DNA of 64,000 nt from Minisyncoccota bacterium. GTDB lineage: Bacteria > Patescibacteriota > Minisyncoccia > Phycocordibacterales > UBA5272. Every line of letters begins with the position of its first letter. Positions within the stretch are counted from its first letter, which is position 1. This document shows, piece after piece, positions 9,358-18,699 of the stretch. The notes beneath the pieces were generated by a model, which saw nothing but the letters and a program-made list of their open reading frames with translations, was not told the origin of the DNA and ran no database searches. A program made the position numbers and the translations under genes. The DNA is taken from the NCBI GenBank assembly GCA_041651055.1, contig JBAZJW010000001.1, positions 536,506-600,505 on the forward strand, read 5' to 3'.

Positions 9358-9484
9358 GAGATTCTCCTTGAATAAGGTTAATGAAAAGGTGGAATAAATT
9401 CCACCGGACTTACGAATATAAATCTACAGTATTTTTCACTTTTGTCAAGAGTTGTAATTCTACACGTCAAATTCTTTTTGTATC

Positions 9485-9547
9485 TGTCATTCCAAATTTA
9501 ATTTGGAATCCAGTGGACACTGGACCCCAATTTTCATTGGGGTGACA
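9485..9547. repeat. REP-like palindromic element copy C (63 bp)
   Basis: One mismatch versus copy B, same orientation. Confidence 0.9.
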
Positions 9548-9644
9548 AATACGAAGATTACTTTACAAACTTTATGAACTTTTTAAACTTTCGACTCCTC
9601 TGTATCCACTCATCACTAATGCCGAATGCCTATATACTGTCTCT

Positions 9645-11345
9645 ATGCCCCTCACGTTTGATGACGCTCTACAAAATCATACGCTCGACGAACTTCGCAA
9701 AGACGAAGAAGAAGAACTCGTAAAACAAATGTCCGATAAATACGGACTACCGTATATCGACTTGCGTGGACTCGCCCCTGAGCCAGACGCTATGCAATAC
9801 ATCAAAGAAGAAGATGCTCGCGAGGCAGGACTTGTTCCTTTCAAAATCGTCGGACGAAAATTGTACATTGCCACCCTCTCCCCTGACAACACACGTCTTG
9901 AAGAATTACTTCGCCCTATCGAAACTCGCGGAACAGAGCTATTACTTTTCTTGTGCTCACATGCGTCACTCAATCATGTGCTTACACGCTACGCAGATCT
10001 CAACCAAGGAGCGAAGGTGGAGAGTGGAATGCTCGAGCTCACCAAAGACAAAATGATGATGCTCATGGAAAGCTTCGACAATATGGATGAATTAAAAGCA
10101 GTCTTTGATGAACTCGCCGCTTCACACGTGCTCTACAAAACAACACGCATGATGGAACTCATTGTCGCTGGTGCGCTTAAATTCGACGCGAGTGATATTC
10201 ATATTGAGCCAGAAGAAGAGCATGTGCGTTTGCGATATAGACTAAATGGCGTATTGGACGATGTTGCTTTCTTTGACTTTAATGATTTGAAAAATCTCAC
10301 CAGTCGTCTCAAATTACTCTCTGGACTAAAACTTTCTACGAGTGCAAATGCTCAGGACGGACGATTCAGTATTAATCTCGGTGAAGTAGAGGTTGAAGTG
10401 CGTGTGTCTATTATTCCTGGGAACTACGGCGAATCGTTCGTAATGCGACTTCTCGACCCCCGTCATGCTATGTCTAACTTGGATAACATTGCCTTTCCTA
10501 AAAAGCTTCGCGAACTTATTGATTACGCCCTCAGTAAACCAAACGGTCTCATTCTCACTACGGGTCCGACGGGGTCAGGAAAGACGACGACGCTCTATGC
10601 CTTCCTTCATAAGATGTATACACCGGAAGTAAAAATTATTACGATTGAAGACCCTGTCGAATACCATCTCGAAGGAATTACACAGACACAGGTGGAAGAA
10701 GAAAAGGGCTACACGTTTATTTCTGGACTTCGTGCCGCACTGCGACAAGACCCGGATATTATTATGGTGGGAGAAATCCGTGACTCCGATACGGCAAAAG
10801 TAGCCATCAACTCTGCCCTCACGGGTCACTTGGTGTTCTCAACACTGCACACCAACAACGCGGCCGGTACCATTCCTCGACTCATTGATCTTGGCGTGAA
10901 TCCAAAAGTTATTGCAGGAGCGCTTTCACTCGCCCTTGCTCAACGTCTCGTGCGAACACTGTGTCCAGAGTGTAAAGAAGCCTATGCGGCTAATGAAAAA
11001 GAGTCTCGTATTATCACCAACATTTTAGGTGAGATGAAAATTTCTGGCAAAGAAGAATCAATGCTGGGACATACTCCGGATATAACGTATAAGCTATATC
11101 GTCCAGTTGGTTGTGAACACTGTAGTGGCACGGGGTACGATAATCGTATTGGAATATTCGAAGCTGTTATGATGAATGCGGAGATTGAAAAGATTTTGAT
11201 AACGAATCCAAGTGAGCGAGAAATACACGAAGCGGCAAAAGGCCAAGGAATTCCAAGCCTTCGTGAGGATGCTATACTTAAAGTATTGGATGGGATTACA
11301 TCCTTTGAGGAGGTTTCTCGTGTTGTCGATTTGATCGCGGAATAG
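9645..11345 (+). CDS. pilB: Type IV pilus assembly ATPase, GspE/PilB family
   Basis: ASDIHIEP, GPTGSGKTT, TIEDPVE, LRQDPD, GHLVFSTLHTN, CxxC...CxxC. Confidence 0.9.
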   Translation: MPLTFDDALQNHTLDELRKDEEEELVKQMSDKYGLPYIDLRGLAPEPDAMQYIKEEDAREAGLVPFKIVGRKLYIATLSPDNTRLEELLRPIETRGTELLLFLCSHASLNHVLTRYADLNQGAKVESGMLELTKDKMMMLMESFDNMDELKAVFDELAASHVLYKTTRMMELIVAGALKFDASDIHIEPEEEHVRLRYRLNGVLDDVAFFDFNDLKNLTSRLKLLSGLKLSTSANAQDGRFSINLGEVEVEVRVSIIPGNYGESFVMRLLDPRHAMSNLDNIAFPKKLRELIDYALSKPNGLILTTGPTGSGKTTTLYAFLHKMYTPEVKIITIEDPVEYHLEGITQTQVEEEKGYTFISGLRAALRQDPDIIMVGEIRDSDTAKVAINSALTGHLVFSTLHTNNAAGTIPRLIDLGVNPKVIAGALSLALAQRLVRTLCPECKEAYAANEKESRIITNILGEMKISGKEESMLGHTPDITYKLYRPVGCEHCSGTGYDNRIGIFEAVMMNAEIEKILITNPSEREIHEAAKGQGIPSLREDAILKVLDGITSFEEVSRVVDLIAE

Positions 11346-11483
11346 TATAAAAATATTCAATAAAACAATATTCAATATGTAGACAAAAGCTTTCGTGTTT
11401 TTGAATATTGATTATTTATCATATTGAATATTCAACTTTTGTCACACAACAAAAGAAAAAGACCTTAGAAAAATCTAAAGTCT

Positions 11484-11672
11484 TTATCTGTCTCCTGCCA
11501 AAACATATGTACCTCTAAGCAACCCCTTGGTGAAGAACGTTCCTTCATAAGGATAGGCACAGTACGTAACGAGTACGACCAGACCGTCCTTCGAAATAGA
11601 AGGTGAGAATAAATTCCCGATTGTTTAGAGATATATAGGTTCTGACAAGCAACCGCACAAGATAGACCAACT
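11484..11672 (-). ncRNA. Candidate structured ncRNA of about 190 nt (6S-like or unknown)
   Basis: Own promoter TTGACA-N16-TATAAT at 11678-11705; long 5'/3' pairing enclosing several hairpins; no ORF; downstream hairpin and U-tract. Confidence 0.5.
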
Positions 11673-11716
11673 TCTAGATTATATCACATATAAAACTTTT
11701 GTCAAATCCCCCTTTC

Positions 11717-12700
11717 ATGCCGCCTCTTGACCATATTATTGAAGTAGAAGAAACCAGACACTTAGACAGCACACTTCGTCCTGAGAAATTTTCGGATTAT
11801 ATTGGCCAAGAAGTCATAAAAAAGAATCTCGACATACTTCTCACTGCTGCAAAAGAAAGAGGAACTCCTCCCGAGCACATCCTTTTGTATGGACCACCAG
11901 GACTTGGTAAGACCACACTTGCGCATTTGATTGCGAAAGAATTAAATGCGAATTTGAAACTCTCAAGCGGGCCAGCGATTATGAAGGTCGGAGACCTGGC
12001 AGCAATACTAACCAATCTTACCCCTGGAGATATTCTTTTCATTGATGAAATACATCGCCTTAATAAATTAATTGAGGAAGTGCTCTATCCAGCGATGGAG
12101 TCCGGCAAGCTCGATATCATTATCGGAAAAGGTCCGTCTGCACGGACCATACAACTCGACCTTCCACCCTTCACCCTTATTGGTGCAACGACGCGTATAT
12201 CATTATTGTCATCCCCTCTTCGTTCTCGTTTCTCGGGAGGTGTGTACCGTTTGCAATATTATACAGAACCAGAAATCGCAACGATCGTAAAAAACAGTGC
12301 GAAGATTTTGGGCGCCACGGTGCCAGACGATGCCGCATATGAAATAGCAAAGCGTTCTCGCTTCACACCGCGTATCGCAAACTACTATTTGAAACGCGCT
12401 CGCGACTATGCACAAGTACACAAAACTATTATCGACAAAGATGTGGTTGATATTTCTTTGGCCCTGCTCGAAATTGATGAGTTCGGTATCGGCGTTTCGG
12501 AGAGAATGGTCTTAGACGCACTCGTGAACACCTTTAATGGTGGACCTGTCGGAGTGGGAACACTCGCTGCTGCCACAGGAGAAGAAGAGGCTACCATCGA
12601 AGACGTGACCGAACCCTACCTTATTCAAATAGGAATGCTCGAGAGAACGCCTCGAGGGAGAAAGGCTACAGAGAAAGCAATAACGCATTTCAAAAAATAA
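11717..12700 (+). CDS. ruvB: Holliday junction helicase RuvB
   Basis: LRP, GPPGLGKTT, FIDEIHR, GATTR, FNGGPVG, RTPRGR; ATG 11717 chosen over TTG 11699. Confidence 0.97.
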   Translation: MPPLDHIIEVEETRHLDSTLRPEKFSDYIGQEVIKKNLDILLTAAKERGTPPEHILLYGPPGLGKTTLAHLIAKELNANLKLSSGPAIMKVGDLAAILTNLTPGDILFIDEIHRLNKLIEEVLYPAMESGKLDIIIGKGPSARTIQLDLPPFTLIGATTRISLLSSPLRSRFSGGVYRLQYYTEPEIATIVKNSAKILGATVPDDAAYEIAKRSRFTPRIANYYLKRARDYAQVHKTIIDKDVVDISLALLEIDEFGIGVSERMVLDALVNTFNGGPVGVGTLAAATGEEEATIEDVTEPYLIQIGMLERTPRGRKATEKAITHFKK

Positions 12701-12701
12701 T

Positions 12702-13199
12702 ATGTCTGCCGTTCGCATTTTAGGAATAGATCCTGGATTTGATCGACTCGGTGTATGCGTGCTCGATAAAGAAGGGAATAAAGAAACCCTCGTTCATTCA
12801 CGGTGTATCGAAACATCCAAAAAAGAAAGCTTCGAGAAGCGTTTGAGTGACATTGGAAAAACACTCACGCTTATCCTAGAAGAATATAAACCTGAGGAGC
12901 TCGCGATTGAAAAATTATTCTTTGCGAAGAATCAGACAACGGCCATCAATGTGGCAGAGGTTCGTGGTGTCGTTCTCTACCTCGCCTTTACCCACGGACT
13001 GACCATTCACGAGTATTCCCCTCCTGAAATAAAACTGGCAGTGGCAGGACATGGTCGGGCGACGAAGAATGACATTGCTCACATGGTTCCCAAAATACTT
13101 CCAAATCAAGTAAAGAAAGGGCTTTTGGACGATGAGGTGGACGCAATCGCTATCGCGCTGACCCATTCAGCGTGCCGAAACATGCGAAACCTTGCGTGA
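12702..13199 (+). CDS. ruvC: Holliday junction resolvase RuvC
   Basis: ILGIDPG, AIEKLFF, EVRGV, DDEVDAIAIA. Confidence 0.95.
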   Translation: MSAVRILGIDPGFDRLGVCVLDKEGNKETLVHSRCIETSKKESFEKRLSDIGKTLTLILEEYKPEELAIEKLFFAKNQTTAINVAEVRGVVLYLAFTHGLTIHEYSPPEIKLAVAGHGRATKNDIAHMVPKILPNQVKKGLLDDEVDAIAIALTHSACRNMRNLA

Positions 13200-13321
13200 A
13201 ATTGATGCGTATTATTTGAATATTGAGTATTGTTTTATTGTAGATTTTGCTCCTCTTTCACTATTCTCTTGCATTACCCATAAACCCGTGGTATCTTTGC
13301 ATACATTAAACGATATTTCAT

Positions 13322-13501
13322 ATGCTTATTGAAGAGGAAGACCCAAAACCAAGTGGAGAAATAAACCCAGACGCTCTCGAGGCCGTCTTTGAAGAAGATG
13401 TGCTTGTTGAGGAAGAAATTATTGTGTTTGGAAAAGAAGAAGACGAGGAGGCTGATGAAATCGATATCGCTTTCGCAGCAAACGATGAGGGATATTGGTA
13501 A
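13322..13501 (+). CDS. 59-aa highly acidic small protein (not in ORF track)
   Basis: MLIEEEDPKPSGEINPDALEAVFEEDVLVEEEIIVFGKEEDEEADEIDIAFAANDEGYW; promoter TTGCAT-N17-TATCTT 13269-13297; terminator downstream. Confidence 0.75.
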   Translation: MLIEEEDPKPSGEINPDALEAVFEEDVLVEEEIIVFGKEEDEEADEIDIAFAANDEGYW

Positions 13502-13548
13502 AGAGTTAGGAGCTAACAGTTAGGGGTTAGGAGAAGTTACTAATACAT

Positions 13549-13579
13549 AAAAAGAGGGCACCTTTGGTGTCCTCTTTTT
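13549..13579. terminator. Bidirectional terminator
   Basis: AAAAAGAGGGCACC-TTT-GGTGTCCTCTTTTT between convergent genes. Confidence 0.8.
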
Positions 13580-13597
13580 ACTCCTAACTGTTAACTC

Positions 13598-14791
13598 CTA
13601 ACTCACAACAATTTTGACAAATCTCTTCTTTCCGATTTTCAATGTTACGTTGTACGCTTTTACTTTTGTGTCTGTAATCTTCACACCTTCCGTATCCGCT
13701 ACAGCACCGTCTTCTACGAGTCTCCTCCAGTCAGTTTTGGAAGAAACAATACCGTTCTCAATTAAAACGTCTGCCAATTCTTTTTCACCCGTCGTTACAA
13801 TTTCAGGAATTGATTCTGGTACACCTCCTTTTGAAAACGTTTCTATCCACGACATCTTTGCAAGCGACGCCGCCATATCTGAATGGTACATGGTGACGAT
13901 TTCTGTTGCGAGACGCATTTTTATATCACGAGGATTTACTCCATCTTTCATTTCTTGTTCAATAGCAGCAATATCAGAAAGTGAAATATCCGTACAGAGT
14001 GTAAAATATTTTACGATAAGATCGTCGCGCACTGACATCAGCTTTCCAAACATATCAAACGGCTCATCAACAACCGTAATCACATTTCCCCAACTCGTCG
14101 ACATCTTTCTTCCATCTGTTCCTTCAAGCATTGAGAACGTAATAATATTTTGTTTTGGCATTCCAAAATGCTCCTGAATAATTCTCCCTGCCTTAAGGTT
14201 GAACAGTTGATCAAATCCTCCAATCTCAGCATCGGCTTTTACCGCAACAGAATCATACCCTTGCATGAGCGGATACAAAAATTCTCGAAGTGATATTTCT
14301 GTCCCCTGATCAAATCTATCTTTGAAGTTACGACGTGCGAGCATCTGCTGTACAGAGAAACATTCGGCAAGAGTAGACACTTCGCCGAAAGTAAGTTTTG
14401 ATAACCAATCATTATTGTAAACAAATTCTGTTTTTGAAAGATCAAGAATCTTTGAAATTTGACTCTTGTAGTCTTTAAGATTTTCATCAATCTGCGCACG
14501 AGTTACCCCTGGACGTTTTTCTGTTTTATCAGAAGCGTCTCCAATCTGGGCAGTAAAGTCTCCCACAATAAAAACAACCTGGTGTCCTAGTTTTTGAAAT
14601 TCACGAAGTTTACGAAAAGGAATGGCTCGACCAAGGTGAATCTTTGGACCTGTCGGATCTACTCCGAGTTTAATACGAAGGACTTTCCCCGACATGAGTT
14701 CTTTCTTAAATTCTTCCTTAACGATAATATCTTCCACCCCTCGTGTGAGGAGCTCGTCTATTTTTGCTTCATCAATTATTACTTTATCCAT
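13598..14791 (-). CDS. tyrS: Tyrosine--tRNA ligase
   Basis: GVDPT, HLGR (HIGH-like), YPLMQGYD, GGFDQ, KMSTS, S4 tail IGKKRF. Confidence 0.97.
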   Translation of the reverse strand: MDKVIIDEAKIDELLTRGVEDIIVKEEFKKELMSGKVLRIKLGVDPTGPKIHLGRAIPFRKLREFQKLGHQVVFIVGDFTAQIGDASDKTEKRPGVTRAQIDENLKDYKSQISKILDLSKTEFVYNNDWLSKLTFGEVSTLAECFSVQQMLARRNFKDRFDQGTEISLREFLYPLMQGYDSVAVKADAEIGGFDQLFNLKAGRIIQEHFGMPKQNIITFSMLEGTDGRKMSTSWGNVITVVDEPFDMFGKLMSVRDDLIVKYFTLCTDISLSDIAAIEQEMKDGVNPRDIKMRLATEIVTMYHSDMAASLAKMSWIETFSKGGVPESIPEIVTTGEKELADVLIENGIVSSKTDWRRLVEDGAVADTEGVKITDTKVKAYNVTLKIGKKRFVKIVVS

Positions 14792-14916
14792 AGAGATAAT
14801 ACTAGCATAGACAGACTTTAGACTCTAGATAGTAGACTAAAGCAGTTCTCTTCCCTTATTTTTGTTTTTGGGATTACTCTATAAAAAGAGATACTATTCC
14901 ATGGTAGAATACACTC

Positions 14917-17094
14917 ATGTCAACCTCTCAACAAACACGTAAAACAAAGGCAAAACGTTCATTCTTCCGTGAATTATTTTTAATAGCCATTTCTTTAGGG
15001 GTTATTGCCTTCGCAGCTATTTTAGTATGGATGGCAAGTATTCAACTTCCTGACTTTAATAATTTTGAAAACAGAGCAATTGCAAACTCCACAAAAATCT
15101 ATGATCGTACAGGGAAAATAGTTCTCTATAACATACATGACAACGTGAGGCGCACCGAAATTCCTTTTTCTGAAATGAGTCCATACATTCGCCAGGCAAC
15201 AATTTCAATTGAAGATTCTCATTTTTATGAACATAATGGATTTCGTCCGACGTCGTTTCTTCGCGCGGTTCTGGCAAATATCACAACAGGAGGATATTCA
15301 CAAGGAGGGTCTACTATCGATCAACAGGTTGTCAAAAACGCACTTCTTACTCGAGAAAAAACAGTCACACGAAAAGTAAAAGAAATAATTCTTTCTCTCA
15401 AACTAGATAAAGAAGTCCCTAAGGATACTATTTTACAAATTTACTTAAATGAAAGTCCTTACGGCGGAACTCTTTACGGTGTAGAAGAGGCCTCTCTCAC
15501 CTATTTCAACAAACACGCTAAAGATGTCACACTTACAGAAGCCGCGTATTTGGCAGCTCTTCCTCAGTCACCAACGTACTATTCTCCTTATGGAAAACAT
15601 CGTGACGAATTAGAAAAAAGAAAAAATTTAGTGTTACAAAGAATGTTTGAACTTGGTTACATTACAGAAGCTGAAAAAAATAACTCACAGAAAGAATCTG
15701 TATCCTTTGAAAAAGATGTTTCAAACAGTGGAAAAGCGCTTCATTTCGTAATGTACATACGAGAATACTTGGAACAAAAATATGGAGCAGATATCGTCCT
15801 AAACGGAGGACTTAAAGTTGTAACAACGATTGACTACGAATTACAAAAGCAACTTGAAGACATTGTAAAAGAAGGAGCTCTTCAGAACACCATCAAGTAC
15901 AAAGCAACCAATGCGGCACTTGTCGCAATAGACCCTCGTACAGGACAAATTATTTCCATGGTTGGTTCTCGTGATTTCTTTGATACAGCAATTCCTGGAC
16001 AATACAATATTGCAACGGCTTCTCGTCAGCCAGGGTCATCCATTAAGCCGATTATTTATGCATCAGCCTTTAACTTGGGGTACACACCTGAGACGGTTCT
16101 CTTTGATGTGCCGACACAATTCAGTACGAGATGTGACGCTTATGGTAAACCAAACAATGGAACAGACTCTTCTGTTTGTTATATGCCGGACAATTATGAT
16201 GGTAAGTTCCGTGGACCGATGACGCTGCGCGATGCGCTTGCTCAATCAATCAACGTCCCTGCTGTGAAACTTCTCTATCTCACAGGTATTCAAACTGCAG
16301 TAAACACCGCTCAAGCCATGGGACTTTCTACTATCAATGATGCAGCACGTTATGGTCTATCTCTTGTTCTGGGAGGAGGAGAAGTTACCCTTCTTGAACT
16401 TACAAATGCGTACGGGGTATTCGCAAACAACGGTGTCTACAACAAACCGCAAGGAATCCTTGAGGTGAGAGATGGGGACAATACTATTCTTGAAAAATTC
16501 ACACCACAAGAATCTGACGCTCTTCCTGAATCAGTCACATCACTTATCTCTAGTGTTCTTTCTGATAATGTCGCCAAGATTCCTGGGTATGGGGCAATCT
16601 CATCCTCCCCTTTCTATTTCGGAGACAGACCTGTAGCAGCAAAGACAGGAACGACAAACGATTATCGAGATGTGTGGGTGGTTGGATATACACCTTCTAT
16701 TGTTGTCGGTATGTGGGGAGGAAACAATGATAATACTCCGATAGATAAAAAGGTGGCAGGTCTCGTACTTGCCCCTATTTGGCACAAAGCTATGGCTGCA
16801 TCCTTCGGAACATCATCAGTTGAGTATTTCCCTGATCCACTTCCTAATACCTCCTCAAAACCGATTTTACACGGAGAGTACTGTTCTCCGATGGGTGTTC
16901 ATACTATTCTTGCGTCTGTCATAAAAAATAATCCAGATGGGCCATATCCATCTGACCCAACAAATGATTCTCAGTATTCATTATGGGAAACAGGTATTCA
17001 AAATTGGCTAAGCAATCACACAACAATGTGCCAAACAGTGGAACCTCTCGTCTCAACGTCATCTGTTCAAATTGCAACAACAACGGTACAGTAA
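14917..17094 (+). CDS. Class A penicillin-binding protein (PBP1A family)
   Basis: TM, EDSHFYEH, GGSTIDQQ, RKVKE; transpeptidase GSSIK, SIN, KTGT. Confidence 0.93.
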   Translation: MSTSQQTRKTKAKRSFFRELFLIAISLGVIAFAAILVWMASIQLPDFNNFENRAIANSTKIYDRTGKIVLYNIHDNVRRTEIPFSEMSPYIRQATISIEDSHFYEHNGFRPTSFLRAVLANITTGGYSQGGSTIDQQVVKNALLTREKTVTRKVKEIILSLKLDKEVPKDTILQIYLNESPYGGTLYGVEEASLTYFNKHAKDVTLTEAAYLAALPQSPTYYSPYGKHRDELEKRKNLVLQRMFELGYITEAEKNNSQKESVSFEKDVSNSGKALHFVMYIREYLEQKYGADIVLNGGLKVVTTIDYELQKQLEDIVKEGALQNTIKYKATNAALVAIDPRTGQIISMVGSRDFFDTAIPGQYNIATASRQPGSSIKPIIYASAFNLGYTPETVLFDVPTQFSTRCDAYGKPNNGTDSSVCYMPDNYDGKFRGPMTLRDALAQSINVPAVKLLYLTGIQTAVNTAQAMGLSTINDAARYGLSLVLGGGEVTLLELTNAYGVFANNGVYNKPQGILEVRDGDNTILEKFTPQESDALPESVTSLISSVLSDNVAKIPGYGAISSSPFYFGDRPVAAKTGTTNDYRDVWVVGYTPSIVVGMWGGNNDNTPIDKKVAGLVLAPIWHKAMAASFGTSSVEYFPDPLPNTSSKPILHGEYCSPMGVHTILASVIKNNPDGPYPSDPTNDSQYSLWETGIQNWLSNHTTMCQTVEPLVSTSSVQIATTTVQ

Positions 17095-17328
17095 TCACAT
17101 TCTCACTCGGTATCCTTTTTCTTTAAGAATTTCTTCAACCTTTTTCTGAATAAGAATGCTTTTTTTCACTGAAGAAGTTTGGAATACTACTTCTTTTTTA
17201 GAAATAATAAATTCATCTTCTTCTAAAATGATTCCTGTTTTTTCTTGTATAAGCACTACTATTTCCTCTTTGTTATTTTTTCGTTTACGAATCTGAAAAA
17301 GATGTTTTGCAAAAAGACCTTCATCCAT
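17095..17328 (-). CDS. Small basic protein, possibly DciA (DUF721)-like
   Basis: Directly downstream of dnaN; beta-beta-helix pattern IISKKEVVFQTSSVKKSILIQKKVEEIL. Confidence 0.45.
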   Translation of the reverse strand: MDEGLFAKHLFQIRKRKNNKEEIVVLIQEKTGIILEEDEFIISKKEVVFQTSSVKKSILIQKKVEEILKEKGYRVRM

Positions 17329-17331
17329 ACA

Positions 17332-18423
17332 TTACCTGTTAAGGGGCATGAGGAGGTATGTAAAACTTACATCCTCCTTACTTCTGATAAACATCGGGCG
17401 ATTCGAGGTGGTGAATAGGCATGTCACTGTCCCTCCCACAAGCTTAGGAAGAACTTCAAGGAAGTATTTATTATTATATTTAACTTCTATATCCTCCCCT
17501 TCTTTTTTGATTGGCACGGTGTGTGTCACTTGTCCTACTGATTCATTTTTACTATGAAGGGTTAGTTTTTCTCCTGTGAAAATACATTCCACTTGAGAAT
17601 ACTGTTCATTAAAAAATGTAGTGAGCGTGAGAGCTTTTTGAAGATCTTCTTTTATGAGTGTGACGGTGGTCGTAAACTCTTTTGGAAACAATTGCTGATA
17701 ATCTGGAAACTGACCAGTTACGGTATGAATAGAAAGAGTAAGATTGTCTGACGAGAACGATAGAATGCTTTCGTTAAGAGAGAGTGTAAGCAACCCCTCT
17801 TCTTCGTTTAAAATCTGTAACATATCTCCGATATGTTTTTGAGGAATAAGAAGAGAACAGTCTAATCCACTTTCGTTTGGAATTGTTTTTTCTGCAAGGC
17901 GATAGGAGTCCGTCGCGACAGCATAAATAAAATTATTTTTTGTATATAGATAAAGAGAAGCGATTTCTGGTTTTATTTCTGTAGTAGCTGCACAGAAAGA
18001 AACTTCTTTACAAAGAAGTGTGAGAGACTCTTTTGAGAGAGTTCCAATGGTCTCACCTTGCGCTGGAAGCGTCGGAAAGTCCTCATACGGTGTTGTTTTT
18101 ATTTCGATGACACCTTTGTCGGTAGTGATAGAGAACACCCCTTCATGGACCTCACAGACGAGCGTCGTATCATTTGATTGAAAGGTAGAGAGAATACGGA
18201 GGAATGTTTCTCCTTGTAAAATACATGTACCGTTCGTGAGACCTTTTACAGAAATACTTTTTTCACAAAACAATTCTAGATTGGTCGCACGAAGTGTAAG
18301 AAGATGAGTATCTAATTCTAAGTGAATGTCTTGAAGGTAACTTTGAGATTGTTGTTTACTACGAGCACGAGCTACTTGCTGTACTGCTTTAATGAACACT
18401 TCTCCTTTGCATTCGAATTTCAT
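17332..18423 (-). CDS. dnaN: DNA polymerase III beta clamp
   Basis: ATNLE, DFPTLP, VATDSYRL, GQFPDY, YLLMP. Confidence 0.95.
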   Translation of the reverse strand: MKFECKGEVFIKAVQQVARARSKQQSQSYLQDIHLELDTHLLTLRATNLELFCEKSISVKGLTNGTCILQGETFLRILSTFQSNDTTLVCEVHEGVFSITTDKGVIEIKTTPYEDFPTLPAQGETIGTLSKESLTLLCKEVSFCAATTEIKPEIASLYLYTKNNFIYAVATDSYRLAEKTIPNESGLDCSLLIPQKHIGDMLQILNEEEGLLTLSLNESILSFSSDNLTLSIHTVTGQFPDYQQLFPKEFTTTVTLIKEDLQKALTLTTFFNEQYSQVECIFTGEKLTLHSKNESVGQVTHTVPIKKEGEDIEVKYNNKYFLEVLPKLVGGTVTCLFTTSNRPMFIRSKEDVSFTYLLMPLNR

Positions 18424-18699
18424 AGTACTTAGTATATATAAAATATAATACTAAGTATAGGTCTGTGGATGGTGTGAACTTCCAGAAATCACTTTGTAAA
18501 TTAAAGGGATTTCTGGAAAAATAAATAAACAACAAACGAAAGATGTTACATGAGTTTGTGTACAAGAACAAAGAAACATTCTTAGAGTGAGGATAGTGAG
18601 GTCTTTATCCAAAGGTTGTTCATTGTTTATCCACAAAGTTTTCCACAGAGGGGTAGATATTAGATGTTAGGGGCTAATCTCGGGTTATCTAACATCTAA
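18424..18699. other. Probable replication origin oriC
   Basis: dnaA-dnaN intergenic; DnaA boxes TTATCCACA 18627-18635, TTTTCCACA 18639-18647, TTATCCAAA 18605-18613; AT-rich palindrome near 18426-18458. Confidence 0.75.

Noticed and set aside
11717-13199. Absence of ruvA next to ruvBC
   Set aside because: It may lie elsewhere in the genome; this cannot be judged from one window
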